Origin: Candidatus Limnocylindria bacterium | GTDB lineage: Bacteria; Chloroflexota; Limnocylindria; P2-11E | DNA: 64,000 nt | Direction of reading: 5' to 3' | Assembly (NCBI GenBank): GCA_041486085.1 | Contig: JBGPKU010000007.1 | Coordinates: 14,630-78,629, forward strand | In this document: positions 46,511-54,279 of the stretch, in pieces | Layout of the letters: the number at the start of each line of letters is the position of its first letter | How positions within the stretch are numbered: position 1 is the stretch's first letter | The notes under the pieces: generated by a model | What the model was told of the DNA's origin: nothing | The model's input: only the letters and a program-made list of their open reading frames with translations | The model's database searches: none | Program-made: the position numbers and the translations under genes

Positions 46511-46689
46511 CGCGCTCCGAACAACCCGCGGATCGCCGCGAAGAGCTCGCTCAGCCGTCCGCTCCAGAACGCCTGAGCCCGCGGATCCAGCAGCACGAAC
46601 AGCGAGACCGCTCCGGCCACCGCCACCACCGTCGTCACGACGAAGGACAGGACGCTCCCCCGTGGGCTGAGGCGCCGATCGTTCATCAC
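46507..46689 (-). CDS. small membrane protein coupled to parB
   Basis: GTG-ATG start overlapping the parB stop (GTGATGA). 60 aa with high GC3 and one TM segment, 'VLSFVVTTVVAVAGAVSLFVLL'. Confidence 0.45.
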   Translation of the reverse strand: MMNDRRLSPRGSVLSFVVTTVVAVAGAVSLFVLLDPRAQAFWSGRLSELFAAIRGLFGAR

Positions 46690-47624
46690 CGGCCGTTGCT
46701 GCGCAGGCGCGCGACGAGATTGTCGAGGCGAGCCCGCGAGATCGTGAGGAACTTGGCGAGGTTCTGCCGGTCGCTCTCCGGGATCCCGGGTGTTCCGTCT
46801 TCGCCGATCGCGCGAGAGAGATCAGCGAGGGCCTCATTGAGCTTCCGCGTCGCCAAGATCAGCGAATCATCGCGCAGCGCGGGGATCGCCGGCTCGGGCT
46901 TCGCGCTGCGCTCACCGGGATTGAGGATGCGCTCCACCCGATCGTGAAGCCGCAGGAGAGTCATCTTGCCGGCGAGCATCTGCTTCGCGAGCGACCTTCT
47001 GCGGCGCACGTTGTCGAGCTTCATGAGCTCGTAGGCCGCGGAGAGCGTGTCGTAACGCTGCGCGACCATCTCGCGCACGTCGTCGGGGGCGTTCGCGAGC
47101 CGTAGCCGGTTCTCGACGTAGCCCTTGTCCTTGCCGAGCTTCCCGGCCAGCTGTCGGATCGAGTAACCGAGCTCGTCGGTCATCTTCTTGTAGATGACCG
47201 CCTCGTCCAGCGGCGACAGATCCTCCCGCTGGAGGTTCTCGATGAGCGCGATCTCGAGCGCCGTCGCATCGTCGAAGCGTTCGACGATCGCCGGGATCGT
47301 CTCCTTGCCGGCGACCTTCGATGCCCGCCAGCGGCGCTCGCCCGCGATGATCTCGTACTCGTCGCCCGCGGGCCGTACCAGGATCGGCTGGAGCACGCCG
47401 TGCTCCTTGATCGAGGCCGCCAGCTCGTGGATGGTGTCCTGGTGGAACGTCATCCGCGGCTGCATCGGGTTCGGCTTCACCTTCTCGAGCGCAAGCTCCC
47501 GCACGGCCGTCGGCGTCCGCGCCGAGAGCAGGCTGATGATCCCGGGCTGCGCGTCGGCCTCCTGCGTGAAGATCCGGCTCCCGGCGTCTCGGAATGACTT
47601 CTTCGAGGAAGAGCTAGTGAGCAC
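46686..47624 (-). CDS. parB: ParB/Spo0J family partition protein
   Basis: 'HGVLQPILVRPAGDEYEIIAGERRWRA' (ParB box) plus an HTH region. GTG 47624 overlaps the parA end by 11 nt; the track start 47699 lies inside parA. Confidence 0.85.
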   Translation of the reverse strand: MLTSSSSKKSFRDAGSRIFTQEADAQPGIISLLSARTPTAVRELALEKVKPNPMQPRMTFHQDTIHELAASIKEHGVLQPILVRPAGDEYEIIAGERRWRASKVAGKETIPAIVERFDDATALEIALIENLQREDLSPLDEAVIYKKMTDELGYSIRQLAGKLGKDKGYVENRLRLANAPDDVREMVAQRYDTLSAAYELMKLDNVRRRRSLAKQMLAGKMTLLRLHDRVERILNPGERSAKPEPAIPALRDDSLILATRKLNEALADLSRAIGEDGTPGIPESDRQNLAKFLTISRARLDNLVARLRSNGR

Positions 47625-48438
47625 GGACGACCTCCTTGGCCAGATCGACGTACGCCTTCGCAGCGTCCGACTTCTTGTCGTACACGGTGATCGGGACACC
47701 TGCTGTGGGCGCTTCGCCGATCTTCACGGATTGGCGGATGACGGTGGCGAAGACCTGGTGGTCGCCGAGGTCCTTCAACGAGTCCAGCATGTCGCGCGCG
47801 AGGATCGTGCGGCTGTCGTAGAACGTCGGAAGGAGACCGAGCACCATGAGACTCGGATTGAGGCGGTTCTGCACCGTCTTGATGATGCGCAGCAGAGCGG
47901 CGACTCCCTTGAGCGCGTAGTACTGCGTCTGCACCGGAATGATCACGCCGTTGGCCGCGACGAGCGCGTTCAGCGTGAGCAGGCCGAGCGTGGGTGGGCA
48001 GTCGATGAGGACATAGTCGTAGCGTTGTGCGATCTCCGGCGTGATGTTGTCGCGGAGCGCCATCTCACGGCCGATCGCGTTGAAGAGCTCGACTTCCGCG
48101 GCGGACAGCTCGAGCGTGGCCGGCGCGACGTCGACGTTCTTCGTCTTTGTCGGGCGGATGATCATGTCCAGCGACACGTCGGGATCGACCAGGACGTTGG
48201 CGATGTTCTTGTCGACGCTGTTGAGGTCGATGCCAAGACCGACGGTGAGGTTCGCTTGTGGATCGAGGTCGAGACAGAGGACCCGCTTGCCCATCTGGGC
48301 GAGCGCGCCGCCGAGGTTGATGGCTGTCGTGGTCTTCCCGACGCCACCCTTCTGGTTCGCGATCGCGATTACCCTGCCCAAGGCTTCCCTCCGTGCCGCT
48401 GTCTCCCCGAACGGCCACGCACGTGCGGAAGCTTGCAC
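47614..48438 (-). CDS. parA: ParA/Soj family ATPase
   Basis: Deviant Walker A 'ANQKGGVGKTTT' and 'DYVLIDCPP'. The GTG start at 48438 is uncertain by about 20 codons. Confidence 0.85.
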   Translation of the reverse strand: MQASARAWPFGETAARREALGRVIAIANQKGGVGKTTTAINLGGALAQMGKRVLCLDLDPQANLTVGLGIDLNSVDKNIANVLVDPDVSLDMIIRPTKTKNVDVAPATLELSAAEVELFNAIGREMALRDNITPEIAQRYDYVLIDCPPTLGLLTLNALVAANGVIIPVQTQYYALKGVAALLRIIKTVQNRLNPSLMVLGLLPTFYDSRTILARDMLDSLKDLGDHQVFATVIRQSVKIGEAPTAGVPITVYDKKSDAAKAYVDLAKEVVRAH

Positions 48439-48511
48439 GCGACTCCCCTCGCGAACGCTCGCTGCGTAGCATAGTGCGTGATCGTGGCTGCGCTCGCGGC
48501 TTGTCGCGACC

Positions 48512-48605
48512 GGGCCCGTACTCGCTACGCTTCTACGTCACATGGGCCCGTATGGGCTTCGCTTTCTAAACGGGGCCCGTACTCGCTACGCTCGTCGGGC
48601 CCGTC
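48512..48605 (+). repeat. four direct copies of the tRNA 5' end (GGGCCCGT) upstream of the tRNA
   Basis: GGGCCCGT occurs at 48512, 48544, 48573 and 48597. An identical 20-mer, GGGCCCGTACTCGCTACGCT, sits at 48512-48531 and 48573-48592. The tRNA itself begins GGGCCCGTAGCTCAG at 48650. Confidence 0.8.
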
Positions 48606-48649
48606 GTCGCGGCGCTCGCGCGAGTGCGCTCGCGCAGACGCCGCTCCTA

Positions 48650-48721
48650 GGGCCCGTAGCTCAGTGGTAGAGCGGCGGACTCATAATCTGCTGGTCCCAG
48701 GTTCGATCCCTGGCGGGCCCA
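48650..48721 (+). tRNA. tRNA with CAT anticodon (elongator Met, or Ile2 if lysidine-modified)
   Basis: Manual cloverleaf:
- acceptor GGGCCCG/CGGGCCC
- D arm GCTC-AGTGGTA-GAGC
- anticodon arm GCGGA-CTCATAA-TCTGC
- variable loop TGGTC
- T arm CCAGG-TTCGATC-CCTGG
- discriminator A
CCA is not encoded. Confidence 0.85.
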
Positions 48722-48743
48722 CCGTTGACGGAGGAGGAGGATC

Positions 48744-49706
48744 GTGACCATCTCCCTCTCCGACGTGGAGCGCGCGAGGGCGATCACCGCCCCGCACCTC
48801 CATCGAACACCCATGCTGACGAGCCGCACCTTGGGCGGTCGCATCGGCGGGACCGCCTATCTCAAGGCGGAGAGCTTCCAGCGCACCGGCTCATTCAAGC
48901 CTCGTGGGGCGCTGTTCGCGGTGCAGCGACTGACACCCGAGCAGCGGTCAAAGGGGATCGTGACCATGAGCGCGGGCAACGCCGCCGCAGCCATCGCCTA
49001 CGCGGCCTCGGCGGTCGGTGTGAAGGTAACGGTCGCCATGCCGCAGAGCGCGCCCCAGATGAAGGTCGACGCCACGCGGGGCTACGGGGCCGAGATCAGG
49101 TTCGCTCCGGACATGACCGCCCTGCGCGCGCTGGTCGCCCAGATCCAGCGGGAGACGGGGGCGTACTTCCTGCATCCCTACGACGATGAGGCGATGATCA
49201 CGGGCCACGGCTCCCTCGGTCTGGAGATCCTCGACGACGTCCCCGACGCCGACCTCATCGTCGTCGGCGTCGGTGGCGGTGGCCTCATCTCAGGAGTCGC
49301 GGTCAGCGCGACCGCGAAGCGCAGGGGCGTCCGCATCGTCGGTGTCGAACCGGAGGGCGCCGCGGCAATGCGGCTGGCGCTCGACGCGGGAAAGCCGGTG
49401 CCACTCGACTCGGTGAAGACGATCGCGGACGGGCTCGCGGCACCGGTCGCCGGCACGCTGGGGCTCGACATCGTGCGGCGCCTGGTCGAGGACGTGGTCG
49501 TCATTCCCGACGCGCTGATCGCCGACGGCCTACGGTTCCTCTTCGAGCGCGCCAAGCTCGTCGCCGAGCCCGCTGGCGCCGCGGCAACGGCCGCGCTCCT
49601 CGCCGGGCGGATCGCGGTTCGCAAGGGCACGAGCGTGGTGGCGATCGTCTCCGGAGGCAACGTCGACCGCGCGCGATTCGCGGAGCTCGTCGCGCAGCCA
49701 TCGTGA
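48744..49706 (+). CDS. threonine/serine dehydratase (PLP-dependent, IlvA/TdcB-like)
   Basis: GTG start preceded by GGAGGAGGAGGA. 'ESFQRTGSFKPRGA' (PLP Lys) and 'GVGGGGLISG'. Confidence 0.8.
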   Translation: MTISLSDVERARAITAPHLHRTPMLTSRTLGGRIGGTAYLKAESFQRTGSFKPRGALFAVQRLTPEQRSKGIVTMSAGNAAAAIAYAASAVGVKVTVAMPQSAPQMKVDATRGYGAEIRFAPDMTALRALVAQIQRETGAYFLHPYDDEAMITGHGSLGLEILDDVPDADLIVVGVGGGGLISGVAVSATAKRRGVRIVGVEPEGAAAMRLALDAGKPVPLDSVKTIADGLAAPVAGTLGLDIVRRLVEDVVVIPDALIADGLRFLFERAKLVAEPAGAAATAALLAGRIAVRKGTSVVAIVSGGNVDRARFAELVAQPS

Positions 49707-50104
49707 AGGCGATCCTCTACAGCGACGGCGCGTCGCGCGGGAATCCCGGACCGGCGGGTGCCGGCGCCGTCCTGCTCGATGAGGATGGCCACGTGCTCGC
49801 CGAGCTCACGAAGTTCCTCGGTGTGACCACCAACAATGTCGCGGAGTACAACGGCTTCATCCTCGGACTCGAGGAAGCCAAGCGCCGCGGGGTGGACGAT
49901 CTCGACGTGCGCATGGACTCCCTGTTGGTGGTCGAGCAGATGCGCGGTCGCTGGAAGATCAAGCACCCGAACATGAAGCCCCTCGCCCTCCGGGCGGGGG
50001 AGCTGTTCGCCTCGTTCCCGAAACGCACGATCGCGCACGTGCCACGTGACGCGAACGCAATAGCCGACGCACTCTCGAACAAAGCCATCGACGAGGCGTC
50101 GTGA
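49703..50104 (+). CDS. rnhA: ribonuclease H family protein
   Basis: GTGA overlap with the upstream stop. 'LYSDGASRGNPGPAGAG', 'TNNVAEYNGFILGLE' and 'HVPRDANAIADALSN'. Confidence 0.85.
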   Translation: MKAILYSDGASRGNPGPAGAGAVLLDEDGHVLAELTKFLGVTTNNVAEYNGFILGLEEAKRRGVDDLDVRMDSLLVVEQMRGRWKIKHPNMKPLALRAGELFASFPKRTIAHVPRDANAIADALSNKAIDEAS

Positions 50105-50814
50105 CCGACGGGATCCCGGAGCGCGATCCGCTCGCGGACCTGGTCTCGCGGAGCATCGGTTCGCCCGTGCCGTCGGTCGAGGTCGAGATCCTGCCCAGCG
50201 AGGAGGGCGTCGAGCGAAAGCGCCTGCGATTCACGACGAGCGGTGGCGCGTCCAGCGCGATCTTCGAACGCCTCCCGCGCGGTGACACCACCGCGGCGCA
50301 GCTCCTGCCGTTCCTCGCGCGCAAGTCCGATCGTGTTCCCGCGCTGCACTCGCGTGGGCTTCCTCCGCCGCACGCGTCCCTGGGGCCGTGGGTCCTCATC
50401 GAGGACGTCTTCGCCGGCTCGCCCGCGTGCGACGCCGACCCCGTCCGGATCCTCGACGCGAAGCGCGCCGTCGAGCGCGCGGTGGCGGGGGATCTTCCGG
50501 CGCTGCGCGCGCTGGGGCTGCGCGACGATCCGCGCGAGCTGCCGCGCCCGCTCGCCGAGGCCCCGCGCGTCCTCGTGCACGGAGACCTCGTGTGCGCGAA
50601 CGCCAGGTCTCTGGATCGCGGCGTCGTCCTTGCCGGCTGGCGGAGGGCGTTCATCGGCGCGGCGGCGCTCGACGCCGCGAGCCTCGTCCTCGACCTCGTT
50701 CGGGCCGGCAGGTCGCAGGACGCGGCAGCGGTCAGGAGCGCGTACGCGGACGGCGGAGACCCCGCGCTCCTGCTGGAGGCCGAGCGCTTCCTTCCGGGGC
50801 GTCTGACCGGATAA
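50101..50814 (+). CDS. phosphotransferase (APH/choline-kinase-like) family protein
   Basis: GTGA overlap with rnhA. Catalytic-loop-like 'VLVHGDLVCANA'. Otherwise weakly recognisable. Confidence 0.5.
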   Translation: MTDGIPERDPLADLVSRSIGSPVPSVEVEILPSEEGVERKRLRFTTSGGASSAIFERLPRGDTTAAQLLPFLARKSDRVPALHSRGLPPPHASLGPWVLIEDVFAGSPACDADPVRILDAKRAVERAVAGDLPALRALGLRDDPRELPRPLAEAPRVLVHGDLVCANARSLDRGVVLAGWRRAFIGAAALDAASLVLDLVRAGRSQDAAAVRSAYADGGDPALLLEAERFLPGRLTG

Positions 50815-50821
50815 AATGGAG

Positions 50822-51112
50822 ATCCGAGCAGGCCAGACGGTCGCGGCGGTGAAAGCCGCCGAGGAAAGTCCGGACAGCACAGGGCAGGGAAGCGGGTAAC
50901 ACCCGTCCGCCGCGAGGCGAGGACCAGCGCCACAGTGACGAACCCGCGCAAGCGGGGTGAAACGGGCAAGCTCTTCCCGCTGCAAGATCGCGTAAGGGGA
51001 CCATGGCGTGGCCCGCGCCGTCCCCGGGTAGATCGCTAGAGGCGGAGGGTGACCTCCGTCCAAGAGAGATGACCGTCCCCGCCAGGATCCGGCTTATCGG
51101 CCTCGCTCGGGT
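50822..51112 (+). ncRNA. rnpB: RNase P RNA (bacterial, compact)
   Basis: Conserved elements present:
- universal P4 halves 'GAGGAAAGTCCGG' and 'CAGGATCCGGCTTATCGG'
- 'ACAGGGCAGGGAAGCGGGTAACACCCG'
- 'GACCAGCGCCACAG'
- 'CCCGCGCAAGCGGG' (P12-like)
- 'GGGTAGATCGCTAGAGGC...AGAGAGATGACCG'
- P1 pairing CCGAGCAGGCC/GGCCTCGCTCGG
Ends are approximate. Confidence 0.8.
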
Positions 51113-51171
51113 ACTTCTCATCCATCGCGGGCCCCCGCGCGTATCAAGGGGTACACGCCAAGGAGGTGTCT

Positions 51172-51750
51172 ATGCGCCTGCTCCTCAGCCTTGCCGCCAC
51201 CGCGCTCCTCGCGGCCGCGTGCGGCGGGACCGCGGCGGCTCCGTCGCCGACCGTCGCACCGACCGTCGCACCGACCACCGCGCCGACCCCGACACCCGCC
51301 CCGACACCGCAGCTCAAGTACACGTTCGTCGCGGACCTGAAAACGTCGAACGAGGTGCCGGCCATCGCCGACGCCGAGGCGTCGTGCGCCGGTAAGGGCA
51401 CCTTCACGCTCAACACGACGAAGGACACCGCCGGCGCGATCACCGCGGCGACCGCGCAGTTCGACCTCACGATCACGGCGTGCCCGGCGAACACCGAGAT
51501 CGTGCTCTTCCACATCCACAAGGCCGCCGCGGGCGTGAACGGCAGCGTGGTCATCGACTCCGGCCAGAAGGCCACTGAGTCGATCATGCTCGCGACCGGC
51601 GCGACCTCGGGGACCGTCACGAAGACGAATATCACGGTCAAGCCGGAGGATGCGACGGCGCTCATCGCGGGCCCGTCCGGCTACTACTTCAACGTGCACT
51701 CGAAGCTGCACGGCGGCGGCGTCATCCGAGGCCAGCTCGCCGCCGGCTAG
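51172..51750 (+). CDS. CHRD domain-containing lipoprotein
   Basis: ATG 51172 lies 5 nt after AAGGAGG. Lipobox 'LLAAAC', a Pro/Thr/Ala linker, and a CHRD-like 'YYFNVHSKLHGGGVIRGQL'. Confidence 0.75.
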   Translation: MRLLLSLAATALLAAACGGTAAAPSPTVAPTVAPTTAPTPTPAPTPQLKYTFVADLKTSNEVPAIADAEASCAGKGTFTLNTTKDTAGAITAATAQFDLTITACPANTEIVLFHIHKAAAGVNGSVVIDSGQKATESIMLATGATSGTVTKTNITVKPEDATALIAGPSGYYFNVHSKLHGGGVIRGQLAAG

Positions 51751-51786
51751 CTCTCAGCTTCAAAGGACTGCTCGTCCTCCGCAGCG

Positions 51787-51825
51787 ACGCCCCCCGGCCG
51801 TTCGGCCGGGGGGCGTTAGTTTTCG
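51787..51825 (+). terminator. intrinsic terminator after the CHRD gene
   Basis: 13-bp stem ACGCCCCCCGGCC / GGCCGGGGGGCGT with loop GTTC, followed by TAGTTTTCGG. Confidence 0.6.
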
Positions 51826-51828
51826 GCG

Positions 51829-52347
51829 ATGCACGACACCGAGCTGCTGGCCCGCTGGGTCGACGATCTCGCGCGCGATCTGCGTGGCCTCCTGGAGGGC
51901 CTCGATGACCGCGACCTCGCGTGGCGTCCGGATGCCGACGCCCACGGGATCGGCATCATCGCGTGGCACATCGCGCGCTGGGTCGATGTCCTCGCGACGC
52001 TGGTGGTCGCCCGCGCCGATGCGTCGCAGCAGCATTGGCTCAAGGACGGTTGGTCCGCCCGCACCGGCTATGACCCGCGTGGCAAGGGCGCCGGCGGCCT
52101 CGGCACGCTGACCGACTACAACGCCGAGGACGTCGCGGGCATCCCGCGCCTCTCCGCATCCGAGCTCGCCGCGTACCTGGACGCGGTCTGCGCCGATCTG
52201 CGCGGCGGCATCCTCTCGTTGCCCGCGGGCTCACTCGCACCCGACGCCCGGCCATACCGGCAGCTTGCGAACGTCCTGCAGGGATGCTGGGGTCATCGGG
52301 GCGACATCGAGACGCTGCGCTCGCTGGCGCTGCGCGCGCGAACCTAG
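51829..52347 (+). CDS. DinB family protein
   Basis: 172 aa with 'LAWRPDADAHGIGIIAWHIARWVD', typical of the DinB/DUF664-like four-helix bundle. Confidence 0.65.
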   Translation: MHDTELLARWVDDLARDLRGLLEGLDDRDLAWRPDADAHGIGIIAWHIARWVDVLATLVVARADASQQHWLKDGWSARTGYDPRGKGAGGLGTLTDYNAEDVAGIPRLSASELAAYLDAVCADLRGGILSLPAGSLAPDARPYRQLANVLQGCWGHRGDIETLRSLALRART

Positions 52348-52423
52348 CCGACCGGAACGCGTGAACGCCGGGCCCGCGTGGCACGCACCTTGCGCTGGCG
52401 GCACCCAAAAGGAGGTGCACGCC

Positions 52424-52576
52424 ATGCTTTGGACCATCGTTCTCGTGCTGCTCATCCTCTGGCTCCTCGGCGTCGTGGCGCTGCCGACGGTTGGTGGCCT
52501 GATCCACCTCCTGCTCGTGCTCGCGCTCATCGTGCTCGTCGTCCAGCTGCTCAGCGGGCGACGCGTCGCCCTCTAA
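52424..52576 (+). CDS. lmo0937 family membrane protein
   Basis: ATG 52424 lies 7 nt after AAAGGAGG. The 50-aa product 'MLWTIVLVLLILWLLGVVALPTVGGLIHLLLVLALIVLVVQLLSGRRV' matches the family pattern. Confidence 0.75.
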   Translation: MLWTIVLVLLILWLLGVVALPTVGGLIHLLLVLALIVLVVQLLSGRRVAL

Positions 52577-52601
52577 ACGCGCGAGGACAGAACGTGATCG
52601 C

Positions 52602-52632
52602 GTGAGGGCGGGGCAGTTGACCCCGCCCTCAC
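52602..52632 (+). terminator. stem-loop after the lmo0937 gene (terminator-like, weak U-tract)
   Basis: 12-bp stem GTGAGGGCGGGG / CCCCGCCCTCAC with loop CAGTTGA, followed by TTGCTTGG. Confidence 0.45.
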
Positions 52633-52639
52633 TTGCTTG

Positions 52640-52849
52640 GTAAAGTGCCTCGGGCACGCATTCGCGTGACCTGTACGAAAGGAAGTGCGGCAGTGCTTGT
52701 GATGCTCCGTCCAGACACCGCGGGTCTCCCGCGGCGCAATCTGCCCACTTCTCGGATGGTCTAGGGAACCACTCCCACTCGTGACCGCCGGCCGTGGGTA
52801 GAACCCACGGTCTTTTTGTTTTCCGGCGGCAATTACGAAGGAGTGTGAA
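52640..52849 (+). promoter_or_regulatory. structured 5' leader of the ABC-2 operon (candidate attenuator or small RNA), class unknown
   Basis: About 210 nt are non-coding. Hairpins: GTGCC-TCG-GGCAC, CCGCGGG-TCT-CCCGCGG and GGGA-ACCAC-TCCC. A 20-codon ORF runs 52702-52764. The intrinsic terminator at 52792-52822 is bracketed by CCGCCGG (52785-91) / CCGGCGG (52823-29). Confidence 0.45.
52792..52822 (+). terminator. intrinsic terminator inside the leader
   Basis: Stem CCGTGGG / CCCACGG with loop TAGAA, followed by TCTTTTTGTTTT. This is the clearest U-tract in the window. Confidence 0.7.
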
Positions 52850-53680
52850 GTGGCCATCGACATCGCGGTCCGACCCCAGCCCGCAGACGTGACGATCACC
52901 AGCCGCGAAGCCCTCGTGGCCACATCCGTCACGAAGACATTCCGAACCGAGCGCAAGGCCCGTCGTGCGGTCGACGGCGTGACGCTGCGCGTGGCGCGCG
53001 GCGAGATCTACGGGCTCCTGGGCGCGAACGGCTCCGGGAAGTCGACGCTCATCCGCATGTTCTCGACGCTGCTCACCCCGGACGTCGGAGACGTCCAGGT
53101 CTTCGGACGGGACATCCAGCGAGACGAGCTCGAGGTGAAGCGGCTCATCAACCGCGTGTCGGTCGAGGCGTCGTTCTACAAGAAGCTCTCGGCGATGGAG
53201 AACCTCGTGTACTCGGCACGTCTGTACGGCGTGTCGCCGGACGACGCCCGCACGAAATCGCACGAGATCCTGCGTCGCCTCGGCATCGCCGAGGATCGGT
53301 TGGAGGAGCCGCTCGAGAAGCTGTCGCGAGGCATGCAGCAGAAGGTCGCGATCGCGCGCGCGTTCCTGACCGCCCCGATGCTCCTGCTTCTCGACGAGCC
53401 GACGACCGGCCTCGACATCCGGAGCAAGCGTGAGGTGCAGACCTTCGTCCGCGACCTGCGCCTGGAGCATGACGCGACCATCGTGCTCACGACCCACGAC
53501 CTCGACGAGGCCGAGCGCCTTTCCGACCGCATCGGCATCCTGCACGAGGGTCGACTCGTGGCCGAGGGCACGGCCGACGAGCTCCGCGCGCAGTACGGTG
53601 CCTCGGTGCTCGAGGACGTGTTCATGACCGCGACCGGGCGCCGCTTCGAGGAAGCGGACGAGCCGGAGCCATCGAAGTGA
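52850..53680 (+). CDS. ABC transporter ATP-binding protein (ABC-2/DrrA-like)
   Basis: GTG start 6 nt after GAAGGAG. Walker A 'GANGSGKST', signature 'LSRGMQQKVAIARA', Walker B 'LLLLDEPT'. Confidence 0.9.
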   Translation: MAIDIAVRPQPADVTITSREALVATSVTKTFRTERKARRAVDGVTLRVARGEIYGLLGANGSGKSTLIRMFSTLLTPDVGDVQVFGRDIQRDELEVKRLINRVSVEASFYKKLSAMENLVYSARLYGVSPDDARTKSHEILRRLGIAEDRLEEPLEKLSRGMQQKVAIARAFLTAPMLLLLDEPTTGLDIRSKREVQTFVRDLRLEHDATIVLTTHDLDEAERLSDRIGILHEGRLVAEGTADELRAQYGASVLEDVFMTATGRRFEEADEPEPSK

Positions 53681-54279
53681 TCGAGTACGCGCATGACGAG
53701 GCGCTGCCGGGCCGCGACGAGATCCTGGTCCGGCTCGCGTCGCACGATCGCGACGTGCTGCTTCGGATCCTCACACAGCTGTGCCCGTGCCGGAACGTCT
53801 GCTACGACCCGGAGGTCTGGCAGCGGGTCGTCCCGATCATCACGAGCCAGTGGGACTTCGAGGTGCGCGAGGCGGCATCGCATGCGCTCGGGACGCTCTC
53901 TGGGCGCGCGCGCGTCGACTCACGCTCGGGAGAGCTTCTCACCGCTGTTGCGGCGGAGGTGCCGCTGTCCCGCCTCGCGTACTCGCAGGGGCTCCGGCCG
54001 CAGGTCGCGCGCGGCGCGACGTGGAAGACGGCGGACCACCCGAAGGCGCTGCGCGAGGTTCCGACCCTCATCGAGGCGCTCGCGGGCGCCGACGCGGTGG
54101 CCGCGAACCACGCGATCGTGGCTCTGTGCCCGGCGGACGGCCGCAATCCCCCGAAGACGGTCTGGCGCGCGATCCGGGATGCCCGGCGCCGGCGCGACGT
54201 GGAAGCGCGATCGAGGGCGCGGCTTGCGGTCGACAAGCTCGATGAGCACGCGCGTGCGTGCGGGAGGGATCACGAGTGA
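53677..54279 (+). CDS. hypothetical protein with HEAT-like repeats, embedded in the ABC-2 operon
   Basis: GTGA overlaps at both ends. 200 aa with high GC3. Helical repeats: 'DVLLRILTQLCPCRNVCYDPEVWQRVVPII...EVREAASHALGTL' and 'VPTLIEALAGADAVAANHAIVALCP'. Confidence 0.6.
   Translation: MIEYAHDEALPGRDEILVRLASHDRDVLLRILTQLCPCRNVCYDPEVWQRVVPIITSQWDFEVREAASHALGTLSGRARVDSRSGELLTAVAAEVPLSRLAYSQGLRPQVARGATWKTADHPKALREVPTLIEALAGADAVAANHAIVALCPADGRNPPKTVWRAIRDARRRRDVEARSRARLAVDKLDEHARACGRDHE

Noticed and set aside
48650-48721. Initiator tRNA-fMet assignment for the CAT tRNA
   Set aside because: Positions 1-72 form a normal G-C pair, and the anticodon stem (GCGGA/TCTGC) lacks the three consecutive G-C pairs typical of bacterial initiators. 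It is therefore elongator Met or Ile2. I cannot distinguish those two by eye.
52640-52822. Possible SRP (4.5S) RNA, or a ykkC/guanidine, fluoride, ZTP, cobalamin or TPP riboswitch
   Set aside because: 'ACGAAAGGAAGTGCGGCAG' superficially recalls the SRP 'GGAAGGAAGCAGCC', and 'TCTAGGGAACC' recalls the ykkC 'CTAGGGTTCC'. In each case the flanking conserved nucleotides and pairings do not fit, so no known class could be assigned by eye. The region is kept only as an unclassified leader.
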